Assembly (NCBI GenBank): GCA_964016885.1
Contig: OZ024743.1
Span: 259,780,001 to 259,844,000, forward strand
Direction of reading: 5' to 3'
Source: Eledone cirrhosa
Lineage: Eukaryota
Length of the DNA: 64,000 nucleotides
Both the position numbers and the translations under genes were made by a program. A model generated the notes under the pieces. The model was given only the letters and a program-made list of their open reading frames with translations, did no database searches and was not told where the DNA came from. This document shows, piece by piece, positions 12,381 to 25,734 of the stretch. Numbering within the stretch: position 1 is the first letter of the stretch; every line of letters starts with the position of its first letter.

Positions 12381-13680
12381 TCCTCGGTGTTGAATACCTA
12401 AGTGCCGACTGTGGATGTAGGATTATATAGTTAAGTTTGGGTAATAATGACTGCGTGTGACTAGGACGTTATCTGTGACTGTTAACGTGCATATATGTAA
12501 TGTGGAGCTCGTGTAGGTACAATGAATGAGAGGACGAGTCCCTAACGTATTCTATTTCTCTACTATAGTTAAACTTAGTGACCTTAGTCTTAGTGAGTTG
12601 GCCAATGTTTGATGCTATTCCTTAATAAGCTCTTTAGGATTTTGTGAACAGTGTTGAGGGGAATTGAAACATTTATTGAATATGAATAGCGGTTGCATTG
12701 GATTTTCTAGTGACCAACAGTGTGGTACTTGCGCATATTATGTGAATAGTTATTTGATTGACTATAGAGATTTGAAATAATGTTGAATGCTAGAAAGGGG
12801 AATATATGTCTTCTGAGGATTACATCGTGTCTTTCAAGGAGTTTTGATAGATTGCATAACATAATTTAAATTCGCCGACTTTTTGTTATTATTGTCATTA
12901 TTTTGCCGTTTCAGAGAGGTATAGCAATGATTTTATGTAGTTAATTGTGGATATAATAATTATTTCTAATCCTATGTGTTTTAAGTGTGTGTGTCATATT
13001 GCTAGGCCCTTGAAGCATTGAGTTTTAATATTCCTACATTTTTTTTGTTCTGTTCTCTCGTGGCAGGATTCGCCTAGCTAGCGTTTTATATTTCCATCTC
13101 TTTTGACAACAGATTTTTTAAGAGAATTTGATAAGTGAGTTGCTTGTTATTGGATCGAGAACAATCGTTAAGCTGTTAAGCAGAGTAATGGGTTGTAAAC
13201 AGGTCTTAAGCTGTTAAGTAAAATGCCTTGTGGTTATTTCTTTGGAATGATTGATGACATTTTTGATCTATCGTGATTTAATCGATGTCTTAGATGCTAT
13301 TGTTTTGTATCAGTAGTTTTGTTTCTTAAATAATTGAACATATGATTACTGTAAACTGTGATAAATAGTTTAATTCGATGAAAGCGATTTTATGCGCTTC
13401 TGTTGAACAAGACATTCGGTTTTTGTGTTAATGTATTCGGTTTTGTGAGGCTTCAGAAGGAAATAATGGTGTTTTCACCTGTTTCCTATGTTTTGTTACG
13501 TTCTTTGTTTCTTCAGAGCATATTTGATTTAATTTTTATTGGTTTTCGTTGTTTTATGTTACTGTGATTTGGGCAATCTTCAGGATGTTTCACCTGTTAG
13601 TTTGTGTGGCTAGTGCTAAAATTTCTATCGTTAAAATACTTGCATTGTAGCTTTTCAGATGTTGAGATGATATTTCATTT
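12380..13680 (-). pseudogene. Highly degenerate LINE reverse-transcriptase remnant
   Basis: Minus strand near 13190 reads QPITLLNSLTIVL (RPITLLN-like); weak QGD/SP-LFN-like remnants near 12790-12825; no long ORF. Confidence 0.4.
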
Positions 13681-14339
13681 TCAAGCCTAATTTAACAAAT
13701 TGACTTCGGCAATATTGGACCATTTTCGAAATGGTGGAGATATATTTGGATGGCATTGCTTCAAAAACTCAAAGATGCTATATCCCCTTCATTTAATTTC
13801 TACAAAACAAATTACAACCAAACGAAACAAACCCTCGAGTTACAATGAAGATGATTCCTCATTAATTTCGTTGGTAAAGGTGGAAGAATGTGTTGCAGTA
13901 TTTGCTACAGTTCTTTGTTATTAGTTCAAATCATTTAACCGGGGTCAATTTTTATCTTTCATCATTGCAGTGTCGATCACAAATTAACAGTCAAGTACTG
14001 ATTGTTATTTAAGCTATTTTCTCATTAAAAAATTCTGGCCTTGTGTCAAAGTTAGAAGCCATTAAATTTTGGTGATTCATTTAAGCCACCACTCGTTTGA
14101 AAGTATTCGAGCCACGGTGGGGGAACACGCATCCGGTCAAGAAGGGGTTAGGTTGAAATCTATCTGTCCCTCGCCAGACGCCCGTGATGGCACGAAGTCG
14201 GGAGTCGCAGAACAAGTGACCGCCGTGCACCTTCTTTGCTTACAGAAAGCTCACTCTCCCGTATTTTGAAAGGTCGTTTATAAGAGGGCAGTTGTGGTGC
14301 GGTTGTACTGACACGGCGGTATTGGTGCAGTGTCGTTGG

Positions 14340-14805
14340 CGCGGTGGTGGTGGTGGTGGTGGTGATGGTGGTGATGGTGGTGGTGGTGATGGGGGTGATG
14401 TAGTGGTGGTGGTGGTGATGGTGATGATGGTGGTGGTGGTGCCGCTGCTGCTGCTGGTTCTGGTGCTTGTGCTATGGTGGTGGTGGTGGTGATGGTTGTG
14501 GTGGTAGTGATGGTTGTGGTGATGCTTGTGGTGATGGTGATGTTGGTGGTGGTGCTGATGGTGCTGGTGGTGCTGGTGGTGGTGGTGCTGGTGCTGGTGG
14601 TGCTGGTAGTGGTGGTGGTAGTGGTGGTGGTGGTAGTGGTGGTGGTGCTGGTGATGGTTGTGGTGATGGTGATGTTGGTGGTGGTGCTGGTGCTGGTGGT
14701 GCTGGTAGTGGCGGTGCTGGTGTTGGTGGTGTTTGTAGTGGTGGTGGTGGTGGTGCTGGTGGTGCTGGTGGTGCTGGTGCGGTGGTGCTGAAGCAGTGGT
14801 GCTGA
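14340..14805. repeat. (GGT/GAT/GCT)n trinucleotide low-complexity tract
   Basis: Directly visible; explains the poly-Gly, poly-Val and poly-Pro ORFs. Confidence 0.92.
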
Positions 14806-15328
14806 AGCAGTGGAGCTGGCGCGATGGTGTCGTTGCGGCAGGTACGATGATGCTGGCTCGGTGTTGCTGGCGAGGTCATGTTAGCGCGGTCATAGTCGGC
14901 CGGCGTCGTTCTGTAAATCAGCAAACAACTGCAAAGCGTTCGTGTCAACTAACGAATACAGCGCCTTCTTTGCAAAACACTGCCCTCGATTCGGACGCGA
15001 CTACGCACCGAACTTAAGCAAATCGGTAGATGGAGGGAAAGAAACAAATCGGGATTTACTTAGTAAGGGCGAATGAACCTGGAGCAGCTCAACGCTGAAT
15101 CTCGTCGTCTGCGAACAGATCACCGTGATTTGTGGCGCAAGAGTTGTATACAGTCGTTCGTTTTTCCCAGCTAGATTCGGAGTCTCATTGATCAGAGATG
15201 TCCAAAATATTTGACAACGGCTCCGGTTTGAGAAAATCTTTTTTTCCTCCGGTGAATCACGAAGATCATGGACAAAGTCTTCGATCTCGTATTCCCACAC
15301 CTTAGAGACAAAACATTTTAAAAATAAT

Positions 15329-15513
15329 TGTTTCTACTTTTGGCACAAGGCCAGCAATTATCCCAGTGTATTACTGATACTTTATTTTATCGACCCCGTA
15401 AGGATGAAAGGCAAAGTTAACCTCGGCGGGATTTGAACTTAGACCATAAAGGGCCGTAACTCTTTGCTGCAAAGCATGGCGTCCGACCCTCTAGCGATAC
15501 TGCCAATCCACCA
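15329..15513 (-). mobile_element. SINE family A with 11-bp target-site duplication
   Basis: TTAAAAATAAT at 15318-15328 and 15514-15524 flanks a full SINE. Confidence 0.92.
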
Positions 15514-17784
15514 TTAAAAATAATGGGAGCTATACATTTAGTAATCATATTTTTCTTTTCTATTCGTTTTTGTTTCATCACCGTACGTTTCCCCATTCTT
15601 AACTCTAAACATCATACACAGATTTAGTATAAAATGTCTAAAAACGGGCTTTGTTAATTCAAATATTTATATTAACTTTACATTTTCTCAGAACGTTGGG
15701 AAAGTGTCTATTATTGGAGTTAAACAATTAGCGTTTTGAATTCAATTATACTCAAATTAACGTTCCATGTGCATAGTAGTTAATTTATTGCATAATATTT
15801 AGAGGTATCTCTTACATTATAAAGTATAATACTGTTGTGTACTTTCAGAAAACGCCTTGCAGCTACAGTTTTCGCATCGTGCAGAACTTTATAAGTTTAA
15901 CTACTTTATGGTCATTTCTTCTTTATTTTCACTTTCACCTATTTTTTTTATTTGACGTATTTCTGTTTACTTCTTGGGTCTCCTGACTGTTGCTTTTGCC
16001 GTAAAATCAGTCCATTGATTCTGTTCTTAGACATTCTAACCACATCTCCGTATTATCGGAGCTGTGACATCTCATTTAGGAAAAGTAGCGGCTCTACTTG
16101 GTGCGATTCCCCGATCTCCGAGTTACACCCCATTTCAGTCGCTTGTATTCTCACTCGGGCCAATTCATGACAAATAAAACGATACGATCCTCTCCGATCG
16201 CATATTTATAGATGGTAGTGGGGGTTGTGGTGGTTATGGGCGTGGTTTTGGTATTATATTTGAAGGCAGTAAACCACATTTCACATATTACATTTTCTCA
16301 TCGCTCATATTAAATAGTTAACTTTCTCTCTCTTGTTTTCTTCTTTCATTTCGTTCCCATTTCCTGATTTTTTCATTGTAACTCATTTTGTTTCCTTCTC
16401 TCTTTCTACCTATCTATCTCAATCACGTCATCGCTCTCTTGAACGTTTCTACAAACATCAACATCGATTCATCTTCACCATTACCTACATTCCTTCTCAA
16501 TTTCCGATGTATGGCTTTTAGAAATAATTTCCTACTTTTCTCTTACTATTTCCCTTCACCTGTAGTTATTTTCTGCATCAAATTCTGATTATCACATTTC
16601 ATACTCGACCTGCCACGGTCTTCTAAATCTTCACTCTTTAGAGTTATAATTTAATACGACTGTAGTTATTCAGTCGCTAGGCATTTTTCATGTTATTGCA
16701 TTGCAACCATTCTCAACTTATTTCCCTGTATCAAAATATGCTTGGAAGAGTTGAGTTAGCAGTGCCATTGATCATTATCATTAGCCCCAGAATGAATGAA
16801 TGAACAAAAGAAACAATAACAAAAAAAAATGAATGAAGAAAAGGAAAACCAAATGGTTGCCTATGGTTTTCTCCATTCTTCTTTTCCTTCTTTAGATTAG
16901 TGGGCTGCATGAATTGTTGAATGCCACGTGATAAAATTCTCCACGGCTACAAATAAATACGAACTTCATAGAGTTTCTCTTTCGGTATCTTGCATTGATA
17001 CAGTCTCGTTAATAATGTTTGAACAATGGATTCGCTGTTTAGAGACATCAGAGACAAATGAAATTATTGATATATTCAATTGTGTTAAACTAGATTTACA
17101 ATGTTACCAACATTACATTTCACTTTTCTATCTGTTGATTAAATGCGATGCGAAAAGAAACCTTATTCCTATTACAATTTTAGTTTTCTTAAACTTCTCA
17201 ACAATTCACATTTTAACGAAACAATTAACAGCAAAATACGAAATTGTATTCGTTTGGAGAGAAACCATTTATCTGGAAGCCATGTCTTAGCGTTCATTGT
17301 TGTCAATTGATGAATAATTATCGTGGCAGAATTCATAAATACTTTGTTTTTAACTTCATCCGATCTTCTTAAGCAGTTAGACAAGCTTGAAAGATTTCTA
17401 TCCTGGCCATCCAAAGAAACACTATAATCATTACTATTTTAACCAAACATCTAGTTGAAGATTAGCGTAGGCAGGCTTTATTATTCTTTCTTTTACTTTT
17501 TCATTTGACTGGTTTCAGTCATTAGACTGCGGCATTGATTTATTTGACCATATCGATCCCAATGCTTTTTTTGTCGAACCGTTAAGTTACGGTGCATCGA
17601 TAGACATAAACATAGATACCGACTTGCACATGCAAACGTACACACACACAAACATATATTCACACAAACATGCGCGCGCTCACACACATACAGACACACA
17701 CACACATACACATACTTGCATACAGACAGACAGACACACACACACACAAACACATATATATATATATATGTATATACATATATA

Positions 17785-17868
<84 letters not shown>

Positions 17869-17927
17869 AGATATCATTCGATCGAATGAAACAATTGTAG
17901 TCCTGTAGAAGTCATTTCTATGTAATT

Positions 17928-17956
<29 letters not shown>

Positions 17957-17962
<6 letters not shown>

Positions 17963-18512
17963 GGATATACGTTCCTTCACGCACAAGGCGCCAAGGTACG
18001 CATGTATTGTCCAACCAAATGCCAGTGTGGTTCAATGGCGGGTTAATAAATTAACGAGCCAGAACAAATATAAACAAGGTTTAGCAAATAATGAAAAAGT
18101 TTCAAAATAAATTTTAAAAAAATTGACTTTACCTACTATAGTTACCTTTACCTCCACTAATGTTGAGAACAAAATTGGTCGTTCCGACTGCTGCTAGCAA
18201 TAGCTGTGGCTAGTTTGACCTACCTCCTTTTGCCTCTATCTTTGCTACGGCCCTTGATAAACCTGTTTCTTCATCCACTCTCATCCCAGGAACAGTTTTG
18301 ATAGCGCTAGTTTGTGATTTAAATTCAGGAATTTTATATTCTTTGAATGAAAAGAACCTTCTGACGAGAATCTTTCTTTGCAACGAAGGCCGTATGGTCT
18401 CCGTTTTATTTTTGGGATTCGAAACCGATCGGTAAAGGTAACTATAGTAGGTAAAGTCAATTTTTTTAAAATTTATTTTGAAACTTTTTCATTATTTTCT
18501 AAACCTTGTTTA
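17957..18512. mobile_element. HHR-bearing non-coding retroelement (483-nt family), 5'-inverted insertion in (TA)n
   Basis: 17957-18152 is the reverse complement of about 50887-51080; 18150-18512 matches about 51090-51450. Confidence 0.85.
18356..18439 (+). ncRNA. Type I hammerhead ribozyme
   Basis: ACCTT-CTGACGA-GAATCT..GGATTC-GAAA-CCGATCGG-TA-AAGGT: complete core, stems I, II and III pair, GUA cleavage after 18434. Confidence 0.88.
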
Positions 18513-18700
18513 TATATATATATATATAGAGAGAGAGGATAACAATATATCGTTAAAGGTGATCCGATAAGAGGTTGTGAAAACTACTTATTATGTATAG
18601 TTTAAGCGTACGGTGCTGTGTGACTCAACAAGAGGTTTACGTGGATGACGAGTTTATGACTTCACTTGTATTCCTATGTAAATATATCTTGGAGTAATAA

Positions 18701-19057
18701 AATTGAAAAAGTGAAGAATGATATGATCAACAGTACAAACAAGGAAATTTATTTACAGTCTAACAATTGTTTCTATGATAGAGTTGTCTAAAAATTGCTA
18801 AACACTGAAATTAGTGGTACTCAATTTAAAATACATGGTACCTCCATCATCTCATCAGAAATATTAAAATACATGCTACCTCCATCATTTCATCAGTTTC
18901 TGATGAAATGATGAAGGTAGCATGTATTTTAAATTGAGTGCCACTAACTTCAGTGTTTAGAAATTTTTAGACAACTCTATCATAGAAACAATTGTTAGAC
19001 TGTAAATAAATTTCCTTGTTTGTACTGTTGACCATGTTATTCTTCACTTTTTCAATT
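18701..19057. repeat. Long inverted repeat (axis about 18898) ending in (TA)n
   Basis: 18701-18896 versus 18900-19057 are reverse complements; a short tandem duplication (about 38-bp period) lies next to the axis in the left arm. Confidence 0.9.
18894..19002 (+). ncRNA. Type I hammerhead ribozyme with long stem II (antisense copy at 18756-18861)
   Basis: CAGTTT-CTGATGA-aATGAT..ATCATa-GAAA-CAATTG-TT-AGACTG; GUU site; mismatch at the base of stem II. Confidence 0.7.
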
Positions 19058-19125
19058 ATATATATATATATATAGTGAAACATAAGTGAATTTCTGTCTT
19101 GGTACAGTAAGATTTATTTGAAAAA

Positions 19126-19374
19126 GAAGAATGATTTCACTGGTAGATGGTATGTTTTAATAATCCAATGTTTCACAACGAACCATTTTTGGTATTATTC
19201 ATTGAAAGTCCTTCTTACCTTCAGTGGCGAATTTCCTGCAATAACAATCGCCACCGAATGCGTGAAAACCCCCGACAGAAGTTAACAATGACATAAAAGG
19301 ACTAATAACAAAAGTGACTCATTGTAAAACATTAGATTAATAAAGCATACCAACAACCAGTAAAGTGATTCTTC
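19126..19374. repeat. Diverged inverted repeat (arms 19126-19181 and 19319-19374); related copy at about 53040-53125
   Basis: Arms are imperfect reverse complements. Confidence 0.65.
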
Positions 19375-19438
19375 ATATAAATATACATGCACGCGCATAC
19401 ATACACCCGCACATTATATATATATATATATATATATA

Positions 19439-19658
19439 ACAAAAAAGTGGGGTAAGAAACCAGGTGGACCATAACGCACCAGAGTACTCTATACTTAGGG
19501 TAGTAGAGTGGGTAATAGGAAAAGAGTCAGGACCCCGATGGCTGAGCTCCGGCCGTTTCGACAGCTAGATCCGAACTAAGCCAGCAGTATGGCTTAGTTC
19601 GGATCTAGCTGTCGAAACGGCCGGAGCACAGCCGTCGGAGTCCTGACTCTTTTCCTAT
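19439..19658. mobile_element. Hairpin insertion carrying the 3' half of an HHR; relative of the 50381 and 60392 elements
   Basis: Arms 19515-19583 and 19590-19658 with a 6-nt loop; contains GAAA-CGGC..GCCG-TC-GG; flanked by (TA)n. Confidence 0.8.
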
Positions 19659-20239
19659 GTATATATATATACATGAAGTGCTTCTGAAGACTTCCGTGGT
19701 AACAGATACTGTGTGTGTCGTAGTGATAGTTGTAGGAACTGATTGCTTTCATGATATCAGTGATAACTAGAATAAATTGATGGGCAACAGAACCGGCACC
19801 CAGTTTTTAGCACCCTAGGCTTGTTGTTCAATGTACGCCCCTTCTCCTAGTCATGCCCCATACTGTCATAAAATCATTCCAACTTACAGTTTGACAAGCT
19901 GAGAAACCTAGTGTTTGACACTTCTTGATCTGACCACATAGAAAAATTACTAAATCTGTATTTTCTACTACACAGTGTGCTGTGTAGTAGCACACTGTGT
20001 AACTGGCCATACCACTGTTCGACACTCTCCCTAGCTTAGAATATTTCCCCAATCTGCCACGTGGCAAAAATGTTTAGCGATTTATTTATTGATCGTTAGA
20101 ATAAAACTGGGATTTGGTAGAGATCAGTAATGTGTTTCTCTGAGGTCTGCAGCCTTGATGACTGATTAGTCAACATTAATGGTGGCGTTGACTCTACATA
20201 GTAACAACAACGAGCGCAACAACACGAGTAATACATTTA

Positions 20240-20275
<36 letters not shown>

Positions 20276-20283
20276 GACTGGCA

Positions 20284-20470
20284 GCGGTGGATTGGCAGTA
20301 TCAGTAGAGGGTCGGACGCCATGCTTTCCAACATAGTTACGTCCCTTTACGATCTGAGTTCAAATCCCGCGGAGGTTGACTTTGCCTTTCATCCTTACGG
20401 GGTCGATAAAATAAAGTACCAGTAATGCACTGGGTAATTGCTGGCCTTGTGCCTAAAGTAGAAACAATTA
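20284..20470 (+). mobile_element. SINE family A inside (ATT)n
   Basis: Full consensus match; (ATT)n on both sides. Confidence 0.92.
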
Positions 20471-20689
20471 TTATTATTATTATTATTATTAAAGATTCAT
20501 TAGAGCGCCGGAGAAAATATTTTCAGTCATTTAACTGCATCACTTGATATGCTGAGTACAAATCCTTCAGATGTTAACATTGTGATTCATCCTTCTACAG
20601 CTGATAAAATAATGTACTGGTCAAATATTGGGATTGATTCTATAAGCTTTGCTCTTCACCTAAATTGCTGATCTCGAGCCTAGAGTAGA

Positions 20690-22983
20690 AAGTCTTATTT
20701 TTCATAAAGCAGTAGCAATATAAAAAAAAAGTGCAGAGTGTGGGTGTAGTATTTAAAGTAGAAAAGGCGATTGGTAGTAGTTTGCAGCCGATGTGCTGAC
20801 TGCGAGAATGACGCTCCACAATTTCTTCAATATGAAACACGAATGTTGCATTGTCAAAGTTAAGACACGAAGGAACGAAAGGTGGTTTTCGATGGGCCTG
20901 TGTGGCAAAGGTACAGTGTAGTAATACAGCCAAAATACGGTCTTTAACGAACCGAAATGGGTGAGCGCTGCTGGAATCCAATTAGATGTGTACGGTTTTT
21001 CAGCGGCAATTTGCACAGCTATTCGGAGCAAGCAGCGTTATGGATAGTGGTGCACTATATTTCCAACTTCTGCGGCCTTCCACGACTCTCAAAGGAAGAT
21101 GCGAAGTACTGAAAAAAGCCGATAACAGCAGCCGAGATACAGGAAGACCTAAGTGTTTGTATGAGACGCAAATCGCCCAGTTTGGATGGTCTACTTGAAG
21201 CGTTTTACGTAGACATGCCAGACATGTTCTCCGATGTCCCGGAAGTTGTATATTGCAACTGGAAACCAGATGAGAGAATTCCCAGCTAAGTCATTCAGAT
21301 TGAAGTAACACTGATGAGGAAAGACGAAAACAAGGGGAATGTTATCGATAAGTTCCGGCCCATAGCTTTGCTCAACACAGAGTTTAAGTTTTTGGTCAAG
21401 GTAATAGCAGTGTGGTTGGCATCTTCATCAAACGTCTGGTAGGGCAATCGCATGGGGGTGTCAAACACTTCAATAATCGAGGTTGTCGGCAACTTCTTCG
21501 AGGAATATGAATCGTTGACGGGAGCAAAAGTCAAACCAGGTAAGTGGGTGTGTTTGTAGCTAGGCACCTGGAGACACAAATCCATGCCGTTTAACAGCAA
21601 CGTTGGACGCCTGATGGACGTTTACTCGGAGTCTGGTTCGGTCTGGACATCCAGGTGGATAATAACTAGGACGAGATAACGAGCAGATTGTTCACTGCTA
21701 CGCAAAAATGGGTTGAAAGAAAGCTATTCCAGAAAGGTCAACTATTATCTCCTGGCCGTTATGCTTTGCCCCTGTCCACGCATCACTAGATTGGACCACC
21801 TGCTCTTTCACTTTTTGTGGAAGGGACAGGTTCCCTGGTCAGGTAGTCCACCTGTTGTGCACACCATATGCACCGAGAACTTGGACTATCGTGTCTAATG
21901 CGCAAATATGCGCTGAAGCTACGTCATCTCCAGATATTCCTAAACGGTGAACAAGTGTGGTTACCCTTTGCCAGGCACATCTTTCCGCAGCTCATCACTT
22001 TGTCTGAGCTGCAGTCCTTGGTCTAGCGAAGGCCAAGATAGAGCGCGTGGATCTGGAATGTTGTCAGGCACTCACATCTCTCAACCAATCGGGGATTGCG
22101 GTCAGTGGAAATTCCATTTTAGCGTTCTGAACAACACTAAAGCCCGGCAAATTGCGATGACTTTCTTACGGAGACTCTAGGCATTGACGTAAAGGAACTA
22201 ACCATCCAGTTCTGGAGGATTTTCGGTCCGAAGAGTATAGTTAATGTCCAGAAATCCTGGTCTGGCAGTGTACCAGGGGGATCTGCCAGTTCAAAATAAA
22301 CTCTACATCAACGGAAGTGCTGACAGGCGGACCTGTTCTGCACGCACTCGTCCAGTGTCTTGGCATTGCTAACTTGTGGAGTTTTGTCGAGCAGCTGTTG
22401 TCTTGTGTAGGACTGATAGGGCTATCGGCCGACTTCATCGTGGAGATCACCTCACCATCTTTTTGCCGAGGAGGACAAGCAGTTTTCCTCTGTTTGGTGG
22501 CTGTCTCTAAAGCGGTTGTACGGTGCACGGGACTGAAAGGACTGAAGACCGTCATTGTCCTCTTTCGTCAAGCCCTAATCAACTTTTTCAAGTTCCACTT
22601 GAAAAGGAATATGAAGGAGGAGATGGAAGTGCTACCCCCCAGCCCGTTTGTTAAAAGGTGGATGAATGTAGCGAGGATGACCTAATTAGGCCTACTCTGA
22701 GTATCCGCTTGTAGGCAGGAAAGTTCAGAGAAAAGCGGGCACGTTTATTAAACCTTTACTATGGAGCTCTTGGTGATTAGGGTGTTTTCGGATCTGTGGG
22801 ATTCTTAACCACCCATAGTCTATGCTCGCCCCTCCCCCATATTGGTGAATTTTGTTTTTATTTTTATTTTGTTATAAGTTTTCTTTGTTTACACGATTAA
22901 TTATATAAAATCCCACTGTCTTTGCCCATTTGTGTTTTCCTACCTTTTGACCCGAGTAGAAAATAAAAGAAAACATTATTATT
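20690..22983 (+). mobile_element. Third Tx1/L1-type LINE fragment, internally deleted
   Basis: DKFRPIALLNTEFKFL and VLHALVQCLGIANLWSFVEQLLS..FFKFHLKR; colinear with ORF2 of 3231-8960; ends AATAAAAGAAAAC(ATT)n. Confidence 0.85.
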
Positions 22984-23989
22984 GCTAGTGGCATCATGCA
23001 GGCACAATAACAACATAGTTACAATAGCTACAGCTGCTAAGACAGAAGCAGCTATAGCAACATTTGCAATAATTGCAGCAGTAGCAATAATGGTAACCAT
23101 GGCAACAAAATATCTAACGTACTAACAATTAAACCCCTACGTGATTTCGAAACATGTTATAAATAGCAGTCAGATACTACTAATATAACACGAATGCTAC
23201 TAAAGCTTAAAGATTAATTGGATAATATAGCCTAAGACACGTTCTGTATCTGAAAAATAAATGACGATATGTTCAAAGCTGGAGCGCCTTTAAACATAGG
23301 TCTGTTCGACCCGAGGTTATCTGGAGATAAACAACACTACATTTGTAACAATAACAATAACGATAGAATGACGGCCTGAAGTGATAACTGTAGAAGTATC
23401 AACTCTTTTAACAGTTACAGCAACGATAGCAACACTACATATCGTGACCAATAATGTTATAATGTTATATTATTTCTAACAACATTTAGCAACTACGATA
23501 GCAACGCTGTCAGACTAGGACCACTATGGTAAATATTGACTGTAACAACATAAACAAAAACGATAGCAACAGTTCTTTTAGACACATGTATTAGTTACAT
23601 CAACTGTAATAGCCACGACTTCAACAAAAGCACTTACATGCTTTATCACCCAGAGGTACACCAAGTGTAATAAATAGCTTTACCAACAAAACTAGCAACA
23701 CTGCATGCTGAATCAAATATAGTCGCATCAACTGCAATAACAGTATCAACAACAATAGCAACGCTACATACACTGGCTACTCTTACCATATCACTTCAAA
23801 TAGCTTTACTAACAACATCAACACTACATACAGTAACAAGTTTAGCTACATAAATTGTTATAATTTTAACAACGATAGCAACAATGCAAACAGTCACCGC
23901 AGTATTTATACAACCTACACTATCTGTTACAATAACAATAGATCGTATAAAACTCAGGTGTGTTCAATTGTTTCCCACTGGGACATAAC

Positions 23990-24510
23990 AACAGTATCAA
24001 TAACTGTAATATCATAGGAACAAAAGCTGTAATATAACAACTTTAAAATTGCAACAACGGTTGTAATGTCGCCTCAACAACTGTAATACCACAATTGTAA
24101 TATCATCACAAGAACTGTAATATCATCACAACTGTAATATCACTATCGAAATATCATCACAACGACTGTAATATCCTCATCACAACTGTATATCACAGCA
24201 ACAGATATAATATCATCACAATTGTTGTATCACAACAACCTTAATATCTCAACAACTGTAGTATCACAGCACAAACTGTAGTAGCATCACATCAGCAGTA
24301 ATACGACAAAAACCGTAATATGACAACAACTGTAATATCACAACAATCGTAATATCACAGCAACTGTAATATCACCACTGTAATATCATCGCAACAACTA
24401 TAATACCATCATAACAACAGCCGTAATATCACAACAATTGTAATATCTTCACAACTGTAATACCATCAGAACAAAAACTGAAATATCAGCAGAAATATCA
24501 GCAGAATAAC
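23990..24510. repeat. Imperfect minisatellite, about 15-21 bp unit (ACAACTGTAATATC core); more decayed CAA-rich repeats from about 23340
   Basis: More than 20 recurrences of CTGTAATATC variants. Confidence 0.85.
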
Positions 24511-24519
24511 CGCAAAATC

Positions 24520-25235
24520 AATTACATGGATCCTCCATCGACTTCGACGCTTTGTTTTCAGATTTTGAAAAGTTGAAGGACCAGTTGTTTGTTATATATC
24601 TTTTCTGGATGGAGCAGTGCAATGATCCATGTCATCACCCATTCTGTTTAACGTATTCCTACCCAGCCTTCAGCATCCTGACAAATATACGCAAATGGTT
24701 TTTCAGTTAATTCCTGTCGTCATTCCTGGTCTATAACTACACAAATATTCCAGACCTGTGGTAATCTGCTAGCATAGTGTTCTTAAATCAGCTCAAAGTG
24801 TTTCCTACCAAGTACACACGTTGCTCCTTTTCATTAGTTTGGATAAGTGAAAAGTGCTGTATTCAGGACCTACACAGAACCTCACAGACCGATATGAGCA
24901 TTGCTGTACATTTTCCGTTTAAACAGTTGAAAGTGAACATGTACAGCTGTGGGAGGAACATGTACAGAGTCGGAATTACAAGGATTTTAGATGAATTATG
25001 GGTGATAGGTGGACGGTAGAAGAGTGGGTGAAGAGAGCTTGAGTGGAAGTGGTGTGATATAAGCCTGGTCTGAATAGCAGCGACCCTTCTTAGTTGAGAT
25101 AGAAAACACAGGGAGAGGGATCTTAATGTGATCTACTATGCATGATATGGGAGCAGCAATCTTTCACTTTGTAAAGGATTATCAGCTGTTGATGACTGAA
25201 ATATTGTCTTGTTCTATATGTTCCAGCACCTGCGA
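24520..25235 (-). pseudogene. Degenerate CR1/Jockey-group LINE 3' end
   Basis: Minus strand reads RTRQYFSHQQLIILYK..CCSHI, resembling the R.R.YF...QL..LYK..YCSHIW thumb region; many stops. Confidence 0.45.
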
Positions 25236-25734
25236 AACATTAGACATATCAACAACAATCTGAAACAAAATTGAGTAATCCTCAACGCTGTAAAAACAAC
25301 AAAACGAAAATACACAAAAATAACAGCATTATCAATATTATCATTAGCATCAACCATCAATCATTGCTAAGATGAACACTATCAGTTCTGAAATTCCTGT
25401 GTTCTAACAAAATACAACTTGCCTGCCACTCTTGTACATTTGTGGCTACTAGGAGGCCATAGTCATATACAACGAAACCCAGGATTGAAGAAACTGTAGC
25501 CGGTCTAGCCTAATAACAGCACTTAATTCTGTAGCATACACTACATCATGGTAAAGTACCTAATATGATTGATCATCAACTAATCTGTAGTGGATAAATG
25601 CAGTATGTCATCTTGTTTGAAACATTATCTAGAAACAATAGGTCAACCCAGTCAGAATTAATTAGGGCTACACGACAACAATTTCTACAACAATAACAGC
25701 AATCAATGTATCCCCATAGTCAGTAAAACTATCA

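Noticed and set aside
14472-14948. Formin- or extensin-like poly-Pro ORF
   Set aside because: Product of the (GGT)n tract, open in several frames, with no flanking domain.
17866-17905. HHR 3' half (hairpin-GAAA-CAATTG-TA)
   Set aside because: Core and stem I 5' strand are cut off by (TA)n; not counted as a ribozyme.
25230-25272. Apparent minus-strand splice acceptors suggesting a host exon
   Set aside because: The downstream frame reads as a stop-ridden LINE thumb region.
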